Below are positions 39,264-49,855 of a stretch of 64,000 nt of DNA, in pieces (within the stretch, counting starts at the first letter, position 1; each line of letters begins with the position of its first letter). The stretch lies in contig JAXLXC010000003.1 of the NCBI GenBank assembly GCA_046328155.1, positions 55,873 through 119,872 of the forward strand, read 5' to 3'. Source of the DNA: Chloroflexota bacterium. Its GTDB lineage: Bacteria > Chloroflexota > Limnocylindria > Limnocylindrales > CSP1-4. The notes below the pieces were generated by a model that was not told where the DNA came from, ran no database searches, and saw only the letters and a program-made list of their open reading frames with translations. A program made the translations under genes and the position numbers.

Positions 39264-39974
39264 GTGAATGGCATGAGCGTCCTCCTGGTGGATGACGAGC
39301 CGATCATCCGCGAGACCGTCGCCGAGGCATTGGAGGCGGACGGCCTGCGCGTGGTCACCGCGGCCGACGGCCGGGAGGCGCTCGAGCGCATCCGTGCCGA
39401 CCAGCCCGATCTGGTCCTGCTCGACCTGATGCTGCCCGGGCTCTCGGGCATGGAGGTCTGCCGGATCGTGCGTCGCGAGTCGAGCGTGCCCATCATCATG
39501 CTGACGGCCCGCGACTCGGAGCTGGACAAGGTCCTGGGCCTCGAGCTGGGTGCCGACGACTACGTGACCAAGCCGTTCTCGCTGCGCGAGCTGCAGGCAC
39601 GGGTCCGTGCCCAGCTGCGACGCCAGACCGTCACGGGCGCAGGGGACGTGCCGACCGACCGACTGGCGGACATCCGGCTCGGTCCGGTGACCGTGGACCT
39701 CGCGGGGCATCGGCTGCTCCGGGACGGCCGAGCCATGCCCGTCAAGCCCAAGGCGTTCGAGCTGCTGGCCTTCCTGCTGCGTCACCCTGGGCAGGTGTTC
39801 ACCCGCGACCAGCTGCTGGAGCGGGTGTGGGGCTACGACTACGCGGGCGAGACCCGAACCGTGGACGTCCACGTCCACTGGCTGCGGGGCCGAATCGAGC
39901 CCGACCCAGCCGAGCCCACGTTCCTCCAGACCGTGCGTGGCGTGGGCTACGTGCTGCGCCTCGACGAGGCCTGA
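39264..39974 (+). CDS. OmpR/PhoB-family response regulator (RegX3/PhoP-like)
   Basis: Receiver domain (VLLVDDEP...LVLLDLMLPGLSGMEVCR...IIMLTARDSELDKVLGLELGADDYVTKPFS) plus a winged-helix C-terminus (...TRTVDVHVHWLRGRIEPDPAEPTFLQTVRGVGYVLR). Confidence 0.85.
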   Translation: MNGMSVLLVDDEPIIRETVAEALEADGLRVVTAADGREALERIRADQPDLVLLDLMLPGLSGMEVCRIVRRESSVPIIMLTARDSELDKVLGLELGADDYVTKPFSLRELQARVRAQLRRQTVTGAGDVPTDRLADIRLGPVTVDLAGHRLLRDGRAMPVKPKAFELLAFLLRHPGQVFTRDQLLERVWGYDYAGETRTVDVHVHWLRGRIEPDPAEPTFLQTVRGVGYVLRLDEA

Positions 39975-40004
39975 TCCCACCCGTCGGGCGGCGAGCCCCG
40001 GGGG

Positions 40005-40943
40005 TCAGTGGTTGCGCAGGCCGGAGGTGTCGACGACCTCGAAGTCCGAGCCGTGGATGCCATGGAGCGAGTGGAGCTGGTCGTCGTCCCAGTGGCGGTC
40101 CGGCGCGCCGGTGACGTACCACGGCGAGCCGTTGTCGGCGAGGATCATGCCGTAGGTCTGGAGCGCCTTGAGGATGACCCGGGCCTGCTTGGGGTAGCCA
40201 CTGATGTCCACCGACCGCTTGAGGCGCACCCGCAGCCCCATGGGCGGCAGGTCGATCGATGACGAGTCGCCCGCCTGGTGGCGAGCCGGGTAGATGTAGC
40301 TGGTCCGGGTGGTGGGCGCCGTGAAGCGCAGCGCATGGCGGATGACGCCCGCGCTGACCTCGTCGTAGCGCACGAGGCCCGGCAGGATGGGCAGGCCGGC
40401 CGCGTCGGCACTGGTCCAGCCCGAGGGTCGCAGGTGGTTGGAGTCGAGGTCCCAGACCGCGCCCGAGCCGGCACGCCATCGCCCGCCCGACTTGCGGGCG
40501 TCGAACAGCTCGTAGAGCTTGCAGCTGCTCTTGTCGAGCATGAGGATGTGGCGGTCGCTGCCGGCCTCGCGCTTGACGTCCGTGGGGATGGGGTACCCGA
40601 CCCGATCCGACTCGCCCGGCCAGCGGAAGGTGACGCTGCTCCGGCGGGTCGACTTCGAGACGACGTTGTACGGGATGCCGTACCCGCTGTACGAGCCGAA
40701 GTCCGGATGCAGGTACCGGTCGAGCCCGATGCTCGCCGCGAGGACGTCCGAGTCCGCCCGGACCGGCAGCGTATCGACCCGCTGGTTCCAGACGTTCCCG
40801 GCGGGGAACACCCGGCAGCTGGGGGCGCCGGGGACCCGGACCGCGGCTGCCGCAGACGGTGCGCCACCCACGAGCACCAGGCTCGAGACGAGCGCCAGCA
40901 CCGTCAGCGACCGGGGCAGCGGGATGGGGCGGGTGCGGGCCAT
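40005..40943 (-). CDS. Secreted hypothetical protein
   Basis: ATG at 40943. Signal peptide MARTRPIPLPRSLTVLALVSSLVLVGGAPSAAAAV, then a non-repetitive 280-aa domain. No family recognised. Confidence 0.55.
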   Translation of the reverse strand: MARTRPIPLPRSLTVLALVSSLVLVGGAPSAAAAVRVPGAPSCRVFPAGNVWNQRVDTLPVRADSDVLAASIGLDRYLHPDFGSYSGYGIPYNVVSKSTRRSSVTFRWPGESDRVGYPIPTDVKREAGSDRHILMLDKSSCKLYELFDARKSGGRWRAGSGAVWDLDSNHLRPSGWTSADAAGLPILPGLVRYDEVSAGVIRHALRFTAPTTRTSYIYPARHQAGDSSSIDLPPMGLRVRLKRSVDISGYPKQARVILKALQTYGMILADNGSPWYVTGAPDRHWDDDQLHSLHGIHGSDFEVVDTSGLRNH

Positions 40944-41041
40944 GGGCGCATGGTCGACCAGCGGCCCGCGGTGGCGCGATGCCACGTCCGTCCCATCGCA
41001 CCCCCGTACCGTGGCACCGGCCGGGGTGGGGAGCGGTGGCG

Positions 41042-41662
41042 TCAGGTCGCCTTGTGGTACATCCGCTCGAGGACCTCGGCCGCGTCCTCCGCGGCGTCGA
41101 TGGCCTCCTCGAGGTAGTGGTAGATGTCGCGCCACTTGATCACGTCGAGTGCGTCGATGCCACCCCGGAAGAGGCCGGCGATGGCTGCCCGGGAACGTCC
41201 GTCGGCGCGGTTCTCGAGCTCGTGGACCTCCTTGAGCGGTGCCTCGAGGTCCTTCATGGCGTCGAGCCTGCGGAACGCCTCCAGCAGCCGCTCGGCCTGG
41301 TCGTGGAGGATCTGGGCGAGCTCCTTGGCCTCGGGCGTGGGCGTCGTCACGTCGTATAGCACGAACGTCTCCGCGATCTCCTGGACGCGGTCCACCACGT
41401 CATCGACGCGCGACACGAGCTCGTGGATGTCCTCGCGGTCGAACGGCGTGATGAACGCGCGCTCGAGTCGCTCGATGAGGTCGTCGCTGATGACGTCGCC
41501 CTGGTGCTCGAGGTCGCGGATGCGCTGGACGCGCGCGTCGAGGTCGTCGTAGCGCGTGGTCAGCTCGAGCAGCTCGGTGGTGGCGGCGCGCAGGTTCTCA
41601 CCGTCGGCGATGAACAGCTCGCCGAACCGCTCGTCTCGGGGCATCAGTCGAAGTGGGGACAT
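41042..41662 (-). CDS. DUF47-family protein (Pit accessory / PhoU-like phosphate transport regulator)
   Basis: 206 aa: MSPLRLMPRDERFGELFIADGENLRAATTELLELTTRYDD...DVIKWRDIYHYLEEAIDAAEDAAEVLERMYHK. It lies immediately downstream of pit. The 5' extension in the track is spurious. Confidence 0.75.
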   Translation of the reverse strand: MSPLRLMPRDERFGELFIADGENLRAATTELLELTTRYDDLDARVQRIRDLEHQGDVISDDLIERLERAFITPFDREDIHELVSRVDDVVDRVQEIAETFVLYDVTTPTPEAKELAQILHDQAERLLEAFRRLDAMKDLEAPLKEVHELENRADGRSRAAIAGLFRGGIDALDVIKWRDIYHYLEEAIDAAEDAAEVLERMYHKAT

Positions 41663-41678
41663 GGGTGGCTCCTGTGTG

Positions 41679-42725
41679 CTAGGCCAGGCTGAGGGTGTCG
41701 ATGACGAGCCACGCCAGCGCGGCGATGATGCCGGCCGCCGGGATGGTGAGGACCCACGCCACGAGGATGCTGCGGGCGACGCCCCAGCGCACGGCACGCA
41801 CGCCCTGGCTGGTGCCGACGCCCATGATGGCGCTGGAGATGACGTGGGTCGTGGAGACCGGCATGCCCAGATGGGCGGTCCCCAGCAGCACGCTGGCGGC
41901 CGTCGTCTCGGCCGCGAAGCCGTGGACCGGCTCGAGCTCCACGACCCGCTGGCCCATGGTGCGCATGATCCGCCAGCCACCCACGGCGGTGCCCAACGAG
42001 AGGGCCGTGGCGGACACGATGATCACCCACGTGGGGACCGCGATGGAGCCGATGGCGCCCGCGGAGAACAGGGCGAGGGTGATGATGCCCATCGTCTTCT
42101 GGGCATCGTTCGAGCCATGGGCGAAGGCCATGTAGCCCGCCGACAGCACCTGGAGCCGCCGGAACAGGTGCGCCATGGGCTTGCGCGCCGTGTTCCGGAA
42201 CAGCCACGCGATCACGACCATCAGGACCAGCGCGCCGACGAAGCCGATGATGGGCGAGGTGACCATGGGGATGAGCACCTTGTCCACGATGCCCTGGACC
42301 TTGAGGGCGCCGGTGCCCGCCGCGATGATGGTGGCGCCCAGGAGGCCGCCGATGAGCGAGTGGGACGACGAGCTGGGCAGCGACCACCACCAGGTCAGGA
42401 GGTTCCAGGCGATGGCGCCGATGAGCGCCGCGGCGACGATGGCCTGGGTGGTGGTCTGCTCGTCCACCAGACCCGCGCCGATGGTCGTGGCGACCGCGGT
42501 GCCCGCGAACGCGCCGATGAAGTTGAACGCGGCGGCCATGCCCACCGCCACCTGGGGCCGCAGGGCACGCGTCGCGACGGACGTGGCGATGGCGTTGGCG
42601 GTGTCATGGAAGCCGTTGATGTAGTCGAACAGGACCGCCAGCAGGACGACCACGAGCAAGCCGATGGTGAACGACTCGGGCACCGTCGGTCGTCCGCCTC
42701 CTGCTCGCGTGGGTGTGCCGGGCAT
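41679..42725 (-). CDS. pit: Low-affinity inorganic phosphate transporter (PHO4/PiT family)
   Basis: ...LLAVLFDYINGFHDTANAIATSV... and ...MAFAHGSNDAQKTMGIITLAL... duplicated PiT signatures, with multiple TM helices. Confidence 0.85.
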   Translation of the reverse strand: MPGTPTRAGGGRPTVPESFTIGLLVVVLLAVLFDYINGFHDTANAIATSVATRALRPQVAVGMAAAFNFIGAFAGTAVATTIGAGLVDEQTTTQAIVAAALIGAIAWNLLTWWWSLPSSSSHSLIGGLLGATIIAAGTGALKVQGIVDKVLIPMVTSPIIGFVGALVLMVVIAWLFRNTARKPMAHLFRRLQVLSAGYMAFAHGSNDAQKTMGIITLALFSAGAIGSIAVPTWVIIVSATALSLGTAVGGWRIMRTMGQRVVELEPVHGFAAETTAASVLLGTAHLGMPVSTTHVISSAIMGVGTSQGVRAVRWGVARSILVAWVLTIPAAGIIAALAWLVIDTLSLA

Positions 42726-42920
42726 CTGCCGGCGCTCGCATCCGGGACTGACGGTAGCGCTTCCGCCTGATGGTCACATGAGAGCGACGTGCGAGGCGGC
42801 TCCGATCGGGCGTCGCGGGATGACACGCGGCCGGCTGGCGCCGCTCGCGGGGGCGCGCGGCGGCAGGACGCGGGTCGCTGCGGGGTGCCGCGCCGTGGCC
42901 GGGGGCTATCCTCGACCGTG

Positions 42921-43958
42921 ATGGATGCCAGCGTCGAGGACCTGTCCCGGCTCGTCGACCAGGCGGGCATCGCGCTGCTGCACGTGGGGCCCGACCTGCT
43001 CGTCACGCGTGCCAATGACGCGGCCCACCAGCTCCTGGGCAAGCGCGGCGGAGCCCTGGAGGGGCGCTCCGTCATGGAGGCCTTCGTCGACCACCGCGTG
43101 GAGGAGGCGATCGTGCGCGGGTCGGCGCCGGACGCCGGCGCGCTGGAGATGGAGGGACCGGGCGGCCGCCGCCTGCTCGTCCGGGTCCGGCCGGACCGCG
43201 CCCGTGCCGCCGCGCGATGGGTCCTGGTCGAGGACGTCACCGAGCTGCGGCGGCTCCAGCGCATCCGGACCGAGTTCATCGACAACCTGTCGCACGAGCT
43301 ACGCACGCCGCTCACCTCGGTCCGGCTGCTGACGGAACGGCTCATCGACGAGCTCGCCGCGGCCGACGTGCCCGACCGGGTCCGCGATCGAGTGGCCAGC
43401 ATCGACGTGGAGACCGGTCATCTGGTCCAGATGGTCAACGAGCTGCTCGACCTGTCACGAATCGAGCAGGGGACCACCACCCTCCACCTGGACGACGTGC
43501 CGGCCCTCGAGCTGCTGGAGGCGACCATGGCCCGGGTGCGGACCTTCGCCGACCGCTCCGGGGTCACGATGGCCATCCGCACGCCGTCCGCCCCGGTGCC
43601 CCCCGTGCGCGGGGACCGCGAGCGGCTGGGCCAGCTGCTGCTCAACCTGTTCCACAACGCCGTCAAGTTCTCCCTCCCGGGCGGCACGGTGACGGCCGGA
43701 GCCGAGGCGACCGGCGACCAGGTCGTCCTCAGCGTCGAGGACCAAGGCATCGGCATCGCGCGCGCCGACCAGGCACGAATCTTCGAGCGCTTCTACAAGA
43801 CCGACCGGTCCCGCGGCCGGAGCCAGGGGGGCACGGGTCTGGGGCTCGCCATCGCGCGCCACATCGCCGAGGCGCACGGCGGCTCGATCGGCGTGGAGAG
43901 CGAGGAGGGACGTGGCTCGACGTTTCGGGTCCGCCTGCCCATGGCAGGACCGGGCTAG
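42921..43958 (+). CDS. Cytoplasmic PAS-containing sensor histidine kinase (SenX3/PhoR-like)
   Basis: ATG at 42921. H-box [16 protein letters not shown]; N/G boxes ...[12 protein letters not shown]...[23 protein letters not shown]...[19 protein letters not shown]. No TM segment. Confidence 0.8.
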   Translation: MDASVEDLSRLVDQAGIALLHVGPDLLVTRANDAAHQLLGKRGGALEGRSVMEAFVDHRVEEAIVRGSAPDAGALEMEGPGGRRLLVRVRPDRARAAARWVLVEDVTELRRLQRIRTEFIDNLSHELRTPLTSVRLLTERLIDELAAADVPDRVRDRVASIDVETGHLVQMVNELLDLSRIEQGTTTLHLDDVPALELLEATMARVRTFADRSGVTMAIRTPSAPVPPVRGDRERLGQLLLNLFHNAVKFSLPGGTVTAGAEATGDQVVLSVEDQGIGIARADQARIFERFYKTDRSRGRSQGGTGLGLAIARHIAEAHGGSIGVESEEGRGSTFRVRLPMAGPG

Positions 43959-44461
43959 GCGTCGCCGACGTCGGAAGGCAGGACCTCCGGGGGTACCAGC
44001 CATCGCAGCTCGCCGCAGCCGCGCTCCAGCGGCAGCTCCACCGCGATGGTCGCGAGGGCCCCCTTGCGCATGACCTGGCCGCGGGCGCCGATGAGCACCG
44101 ACAGGAGCGTCGAGAGGTCGGGGTCGTGGCCCACGACCATGGGCTCGCGGACCCCCGCGTCGCGCAGCACCTCGTCGAGGCACGACAGCCCGCACCCCTC
44201 CGCGAGGCGCGCGTCCACCACGGGCTCGAGCCCCAGCGCCTCGCCCACGATGGCCGCGGTCTGGGCCGCACGGACCTTGGGGCTGGTCACGATGCGGTCC
44301 GGGCGCACCCCGGCCGCGGCGAGGAACGCGCCGAGGCGCTCCGCCTGGCCCCGACCCTTGCGGCTGAGGGGGCGGGCCGCATCGGGCCCATCCCACCGCT
44401 CCGGGTCGCCCGCGTGCGCATGCCGCAGCAGGTGGATGACCTCGGGCGCGTGGGTCGTCAT
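43955..44461 (-). CDS. SixA-type phosphohistidine phosphatase (histidine phosphatase superfamily)
   Basis: N-terminal LLRHAHAG (RHG catalytic motif) ... VVGHDPDLS. Confidence 0.7.
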   Translation of the reverse strand: MTTHAPEVIHLLRHAHAGDPERWDGPDAARPLSRKGRGQAERLGAFLAAAGVRPDRIVTSPKVRAAQTAAIVGEALGLEPVVDARLAEGCGLSCLDEVLRDAGVREPMVVGHDPDLSTLLSVLIGARGQVMRKGALATIAVELPLERGCGELRWLVPPEVLPSDVGDA

Positions 44462-44502
44462 GCGTCGATCATGCCACGCCCGGACGCCGCGGCCGCGCCC
44501 GG

Positions 44503-45333
44503 CTAGGGGTTGAGGTCCTCGGTCTCGCCGGTGGCCAGGAACACCACGTCCTCGGCGACGTTGGTCACCCGGTCCCCGATGCGCTCCAGATAGTGCGCCG
44601 CGAACAGGACCCGCGCCCCCCGGTCGACGTTGGCGGGGTCGGCGCGCATCAGCTCCAGCATGTCCGCGAACGTGGCGTGATAGAGATCGTCCACCTCGTC
44701 GTCGCGTGCGGCGACCTGCCGCGCGAGCGCCTCGTCCTGGTCCACCAGGGCCCGCAGGACCTCCTTGGTCAGGCTGGACGTGAGCCGGCCCATCGCCGCG
44801 AGCCGCCCGTTGGCCTCGCCGTCGGGGTAGGGCGCCAGCTTGCGCGCCTGCTTGGCGACCGACGACGCATGGTCGCCCATCCGCTCCAGGTCATAGGCCA
44901 CGTGGTCGAGCGCGAGCAGGAAGCGCAGGTCTCGCGCGACGGGCTGCTGGGTGGCGATGGTCCGTGCGACCAGGGTGGTGATGAGCCGCTGGGCCTCGTT
45001 GAGTCGGCCGTCGCCCATGATCACCTGGAGCGCGAGGTCGGCATCGTGCTGCTCGAGCGCCTGGATGGCCAGCTGGATCTGGTCCGCGACCAGGCTGCCC
45101 AGGCGGAGCACGTTGTCCTTGATCTCGCGCTCCTCGCGGTCGAGCGGGTCGCGGGGCGCGGGCCGAGGCATGGGCGCCGGGGTCTCGGGGGCGTCGGCGG
45201 CCACGGGCGCCTGGGCGGGACTGTTGGGATCCGCTCGGACGGCGGCGACCTCCGCCGAGGCCGGCAGCGTGTCGGGGGTCGGTTCCTGCATCTCGGTCAT
45301 GCTGCGATCCTCATCCGAAGCGGCCCGAGACAT
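44503..45333 (-). CDS. phoU: Phosphate signalling complex protein PhoU
   Basis: Two PhoU repeats (...[20 protein letters not shown]... and ...[21 protein letters not shown]...). It lies directly downstream of pstB. Confidence 0.85.
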   Translation of the reverse strand: MSRAASDEDRSMTEMQEPTPDTLPASAEVAAVRADPNSPAQAPVAADAPETPAPMPRPAPRDPLDREEREIKDNVLRLGSLVADQIQLAIQALEQHDADLALQVIMGDGRLNEAQRLITTLVARTIATQQPVARDLRFLLALDHVAYDLERMGDHASSVAKQARKLAPYPDGEANGRLAAMGRLTSSLTKEVLRALVDQDEALARQVAARDDEVDDLYHATFADMLELMRADPANVDRGARVLFAAHYLERIGDRVTNVAEDVVFLATGETEDLNP

Positions 45334-46126
45334 AGTCCTCGGTCAGCTTGCTGGTTGGGTTGGTGAAGACATCGCTGGTCGCGCCGGCCTCCACCAGATA
45401 GCCGGCACGATCGTCGCCCATGGTCAGGAAGACCGTCTCGTCGCTGGCCCGGGCAGCCTGCTGCATGTTGTGGGTCACGATGATGATGGTGTATCGCTCG
45501 CGCAGCTCCAGCATCAGCTCCTCGATGAGCAGCGTGGAGCGCGGGTCGAGCGCCGAGCACGGCTCGTCCATGAGGATGACCTCCGGCTCGGTCGCGATGG
45601 CGCGTGCGATGCACAGCCGCTGCTGCTGCCCACCCGAGAGCGCCATGCCCGATTGCCTGAGCTTGTCCTTGACGTCGTCCCACAGCGAGGCGCGACGCAG
45701 GCTCTGCTCCACCACGTCGTCCATGTTGCCCTTGACGCCGTTGACGCGAGGCCCGAACGCGACGTTGTCGTAGATCGACTTGGGGAACGGGTTGGGCTTC
45801 TGGAACACCATGCCGATGCGACGTCGGACCTCCACGGGGTCCACGCCCTCGCCGTACAGGTCCTCGCCGTGGTACAGCATGCGGCCCTCCGCCCGTGCGC
45901 CGGGCACCAGGTCGTTCATCCGGTTGATGCCCCGCAGCAGCGTCGACTTGCCGCATCCGGACGGACCGATGAGCGCGCTGATGGCGTGCGTGCGGAAGGC
46001 ATACGAGATGTCCCGCACGGCGCGGAACGAGCCGTAGTACAGGCTGACGCCCTCCAGGCGGATGACGGTCGCGGGGCCGGAGTCCGTGGCCGGCGTTGCT
46101 GTGGGGGTGGCGGTGTCGACCATCAC
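45311..46126 (-). CDS. pstB: Phosphate ABC transporter ATP-binding protein
   Basis: Walker [13 protein letters not shown], signature [16 protein letters not shown], Walker [12 protein letters not shown]; typical PstB length. Confidence 0.9.
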   Translation of the reverse strand: MMVDTATPTATPATDSGPATVIRLEGVSLYYGSFRAVRDISYAFRTHAISALIGPSGCGKSTLLRGINRMNDLVPGARAEGRMLYHGEDLYGEGVDPVEVRRRIGMVFQKPNPFPKSIYDNVAFGPRVNGVKGNMDDVVEQSLRRASLWDDVKDKLRQSGMALSGGQQQRLCIARAIATEPEVILMDEPCSALDPRSTLLIEELMLELRERYTIIIVTHNMQQAARASDETVFLTMGDDRAGYLVEAGATSDVFTNPTSKLTEDYVSGRFG

Positions 46127-47058
46127 CAGCTCCTTGCGTAGCGGTTGCGGAGGTAGATCGCCGCACCGTTCGCGGCGAAGGTGATGACCAGCAGCACGAT
46201 CATGCCCGCGGCGGCCAGTTGTCGGAACTCATCCGCTGGGAGCGTGGTCCAGCGGTACACCACCATGGGCAATGCCGTGTAGGGGCCGAGCAGTTGGCCG
46301 ATGAGGTCCGCGTTGCCGCTGGAGAACGAGCCCAGGACGGCGCCCGCCAGGATGAGCGGCGCGGTCTCGCCCAGGGCCCGCGATAGGGCGAGCACGATTC
46401 CCGTGAGCACGCCCGGGAACGCGGCCGGCAGCACCAGCCCCCAGGTGACCTGGCGGCGCGACGCCCCGACGCCATAGCCTGCCTCCCGGATGCTGAGGGG
46501 CACCGCTCGCAGTGCCTCGGCCGCGGTGATGATGACGATGGGCAGCACGAGCATCGCGACCGTCAGACCGCCCGCGATGACGTTGCGCCCGTTGCCGATG
46601 CCCAGCGCCTTGAAGACGCCCACGAACACCGCGAGACCCAGCAGCCCATACACGATCGAGGGCACGCCCGCCAGGTTGCGGATGTTGATGTCGATGAGAC
46701 GCGTCAGGCGGGAGCTCGGGGCGTACTCCTCGAGGTACACGGCCGTGGCGACGCCCAGCGGGAAGGCGACCGCGACCACGATGATGCCGATCCAGACCGT
46801 CCCCCAGAGCGCCTGGCTCACGCCCGCCTTGGCGGGGTCCGATGACAGCGGGGAGGTCAGGAAGTCGAGGCCCCGCTCGGCCAGCACCGGGAGGCCGCGA
46901 TTGAGGATGTCCACGAGCAGGAGCAGCAGGGCGAGGAAGGTCACGAGCAGGCTGAACGCCAGCAGCGCGAGGAACAGCACGCTGGGCCAGTGCGGCCCGC
47001 TCCGCCGGAGGCTGCGGTGCACGCCGCCGGCGGTGACCGTGGTGGCCTGGGTGGTCAT
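46123..47058 (-). CDS. pstA: Phosphate ABC transporter permease PstA
   Basis: Permease with the EAA-type motif region ...[15 protein letters not shown]...; second permease of the pst operon. Confidence 0.85.
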   Translation of the reverse strand: MTTQATTVTAGGVHRSLRRSGPHWPSVLFLALLAFSLLVTFLALLLLLVDILNRGLPVLAERGLDFLTSPLSSDPAKAGVSQALWGTVWIGIIVVAVAFPLGVATAVYLEEYAPSSRLTRLIDINIRNLAGVPSIVYGLLGLAVFVGVFKALGIGNGRNVIAGGLTVAMLVLPIVIITAAEALRAVPLSIREAGYGVGASRRQVTWGLVLPAAFPGVLTGIVLALSRALGETAPLILAGAVLGSFSSGNADLIGQLLGPYTALPMVVYRWTTLPADEFRQLAAAGMIVLLVITFAANGAAIYLRNRYARSW

Positions 47059-47067
47059 CTCGGCCCC

Positions 47068-47991
47068 CTAGTACCGCTGCCGGGTGCGTCGCACGAACGC
47101 GTCGCCGACCACGTTGAGACCCAGCGTCATGCCGAACAGCAGCAGCCCCAGGAAGAACAGGCTGAGGTAGGCAGCCTGGCCGCCCTGCACCTGGTCGGAG
47201 CCCGTGGCGAGCGAGGCGATGGCGCCGGTGATGGTCTGCCCCGGGCTGAGCGGGTCGATGGTGCGCAGCGACCCGCCCGTGCCACCGGCGGCGAGCGCCA
47301 CGATCATGGTCTCGCCGATGGCCCGCGAGACGCCGATGATGAGCGCCGCCACGATCCCCGAGACGGCCGCAGGTACCACCACCCGCAGGCTCGTCGTGAC
47401 GCGGCGGGCCCCCAGGCCGTACGACGCCTCGCGCAGGCTCCGGGGCACCGCTCGCAGCGCGTCCTCGGAGATGGACGCGATGAGCGGGATGATGAGGATG
47501 CCCACGCCGATGCCCGCCGCGAGCATGTTGAACACCGGCGCGCCCGTGAACAGGCGCTGGACCAGCTGCGGGTTGATGAACGTGAGCGTGAAGAAGCCCA
47601 GGACCACGCTGGGGATGCTCGCCAGGACCTCGAGGATCGGCTTGACCACGCCGCGGACCCTGGGTGACGCGTACTCCGAGAGCAGGATCGCCACGAGCAG
47701 CCCGATGGGTCCCGCGATGAGCATCGCGATGACCGTGATGACCACCGAGCCCAGGAACACCGTGGCGATGTCGAACATGCCGCGCCGCGGGAACCAGCCG
47801 ATGGCGAGGAGGTCCGACAGGTCGATCTTGCTCAGGAACTCGAGCGCCTCGAACACGAGGGCCAGCACGATGAACAGGCTGACGCCGATCGAGACCAGGG
47901 CGGCAAGCGCCAGACCCCGTGACACCAGACGCTCCGTGCGCTGGCGCCCTGGGTCCCCTGCGAGGAGCGGTGCGGCCGTGGGTGTGGTCAT
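47068..47991 (-). CDS. pstC: Phosphate ABC transporter permease PstC
   Basis: First permease of the pst operon (...VAALIIGVSRAIGETMIVALAAGG...). Confidence 0.85.
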   Translation of the reverse strand: MTTPTAAPLLAGDPGRQRTERLVSRGLALAALVSIGVSLFIVLALVFEALEFLSKIDLSDLLAIGWFPRRGMFDIATVFLGSVVITVIAMLIAGPIGLLVAILLSEYASPRVRGVVKPILEVLASIPSVVLGFFTLTFINPQLVQRLFTGAPVFNMLAAGIGVGILIIPLIASISEDALRAVPRSLREASYGLGARRVTTSLRVVVPAAVSGIVAALIIGVSRAIGETMIVALAAGGTGGSLRTIDPLSPGQTITGAIASLATGSDQVQGGQAAYLSLFFLGLLLFGMTLGLNVVGDAFVRRTRQRY

Positions 47992-48095
47992 GCGCGTCCT
48001 TGGGTGGTCAGCCCAGCGCTCGCGCAGAGCGCCAGACGGGGTGATACCGGGCGCCGGGAGTGGCGCCCGGTATCGGTGAGGGGAGGGGTGTCAGG

Positions 48096-49121
48096 TCAGC
48101 GGTTGGCCCACGTGTCGGCGGTGGCCTGGGTCTCGTCGGCCGAGAGGCCGACATAGGGGACCGTCTGGAGCACCGACTCGATGACGCCGGGGGTCAGGTA
48201 GTAGTCCACGAAGCCGGCCAGCTCGGGCTTCTCCGCGGCCTTGGCCGTGTTGACGTAGATGAACAGGGGCCGGGAGATCGGGTAGCTGCCATCGGAGATG
48301 GTGTCGTAGGTGGGCTCGATGCAGCCAGACCCACCGTCCACCTGGAGCGGCTTGATCCGGTCGAGGTTCTCCTCCACGAACGCATAGCCCACCCAGCCCA
48401 GGGTCGTGGCGTTGTCGGCGGTCCCGGCGACGCCCTCGACGATGGTCAGGTCGTTGGCCGAGGCCTGGTAGTCGGGGCGGGCCACGGCGTCCTGGCCGCG
48501 CGCCTCGGCGATCGGCGCGATGACCTTCTCGACGAAGAAGTCGTAGGTGCCCGACTCCTCGCCGGGGGCGGTGACCGTGAGGGGCGCGTCTGGGAGGGTG
48601 GTGGTCGAGCCGAGCTCGGTGGCCAGCGCCTGGGCGTCGGACCACTTCGCGAAGCCGGTCGATTCGGGGCCCACGAGGGCGTACAGGTCGTTGAAGCTGA
48701 GGCAGGTCAGCTGGTCGTCGGCGGCCGAGGTGATGACCGAGAGGCCGTCGAGGGCAACCTTGAGCTCGACGTACTCGACGCCGTTCTGGGCGCACACGTC
48801 CGCCTCGCCCTCGGCCTTGATGGTGCGGGAGGCATCGGCGACGTCGATCTCGCCCGCGCAGAACAGCGCGAAGCCGTCGCCGGTGCCGGGGCCATCCACG
48901 GTGATGGCCACGCCCGGGGAGCCGGCGTTGAACAGCTCCTGCACCGCGGTGCTGATGGGCTGCACCGTCGACGAGCCCGAGATGGCGATCGAGCCGCTGA
49001 GGCCGGCTGGGGCGGCGGGGGCCGCGGCCGGCGACTGGGCCAGCGCGCTGCCGCCGCCCGCGAGCGACGCGACGAGGATGAGCGACCCTGCGATGAGGGG
49101 GCGCTTCGATGTCTGGGGCAT
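48096..49121 (-). CDS. pstS: Phosphate-binding protein PstS
   Basis: ATG at 49121 with GGAGG upstream. Lipoprotein-like signal MPQTSKRPLIAGSLILVASLAGGGSALA, then a PBP fold (...ISGSSTVQPISTAV...). Confidence 0.85.
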   Translation of the reverse strand: MPQTSKRPLIAGSLILVASLAGGGSALAQSPAAAPAAPAGLSGSIAISGSSTVQPISTAVQELFNAGSPGVAITVDGPGTGDGFALFCAGEIDVADASRTIKAEGEADVCAQNGVEYVELKVALDGLSVITSAADDQLTCLSFNDLYALVGPESTGFAKWSDAQALATELGSTTTLPDAPLTVTAPGEESGTYDFFVEKVIAPIAEARGQDAVARPDYQASANDLTIVEGVAGTADNATTLGWVGYAFVEENLDRIKPLQVDGGSGCIEPTYDTISDGSYPISRPLFIYVNTAKAAEKPELAGFVDYYLTPGVIESVLQTVPYVGLSADETQATADTWANR

Positions 49122-49196
49122 GCTGTGGGTGTCCTCCACCTGTGGGCCGGCGTCACGCGCCGGGGCGCACTCCCTGTGCATCGCCACCCTCGTCGT

Positions 49197-49240
49197 GCGC
49201 CATGAACGCCCGGTTGCCGTGGCGTGAACGGCGCGTTAAC
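49197..49240 (-). promoter_or_regulatory. Four tandem 11-nt PHO-box-like direct repeats upstream of pstS (read on minus strand: GTTAACGCGCC GTTCACGCCAC GGCAACCGGGC GTTCATGGCGC)
   Basis: The repeat units resemble GTTCACC-type PhoP/RegX3 boxes and lie about 75-120 nt upstream of the pstS ATG. They were read directly from the sequence. Confidence 0.45.
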
Positions 49241-49393
49241 GCATCCCCCGCCCGTGGGCATGGCCTCGGCGTCCGACCGGACCGCTCGATGCGTCAATCA
49301 CATCGCGCGACCGACCTGCGACAATCCTCATGCCGTACGCCGAGACGAGCCGCCGCCGTCGTCGGCGCAGGGACTGTGGGAGCACCGAGAGCC

Positions 49394-49828
49394 ATGGCCA
49401 AGGAGAAGCACAAGGACGCGCGGGAGCGCGCCGCGAACCGACTCGAGGGCCGGCCCAAGGCGCTGCGCCGAGAGCTGTCCGACCTGGGCACCGAACTCGA
49501 GCGTGCCCGCGAGCGGCGTGACCGCGCCCAGGCGCGCGTCGAGGCGCTCGAGGCGATCGCCGAGCAGCTGACGGTTGCGCTCGCGGCGGCCGAGGCGGCC
49601 CGGGACCGGCGCGAGGCGGAGCGGGCGCAGGGTGCCGGCGATGGCGAGGACGGCGAGCCCGAGGCGGTCGCGTCCGAGGTCCAGCCCCCGGAGGCAGACC
49701 ACCGTGGAGCCACGAAGGGCGCCAAGCGGTCGCCTGCCGATGCCTCCGAGGCGGAGCCGACGCCCGGGATCGATGCGGACACGCCATCCGCGCGCCCTCG
49801 AAAGCGGAAGGCCCGCCCGACCGCCTGA
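49394..49828 (+). CDS. Hypothetical coiled-coil protein with a basic C-terminal tail
   Basis: MAKEKHKDARERAANRLEGRPKALRRELSDLGTELERARERRDRAQARVEALEAIAEQL...ARPRKRKARPTA. Divergent from pstS; no domain recognised. Confidence 0.4.
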   Translation: MAKEKHKDARERAANRLEGRPKALRRELSDLGTELERARERRDRAQARVEALEAIAEQLTVALAAAEAARDRREAERAQGAGDGEDGEPEAVASEVQPPEADHRGATKGAKRSPADASEAEPTPGIDADTPSARPRKRKARPTA

Positions 49829-49855
49829 GGGCCGCCAGGGGTCCCTCGGCCCGGC

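Noticed and set aside
49109-49393. 5' part of ORF 49109-49828 overlapping the pstS start and promoter
   Set aside because: This is an Arg/Cys-rich translation over the PHO-box region. The coiled-coil protein starts at the ATG at 49394.
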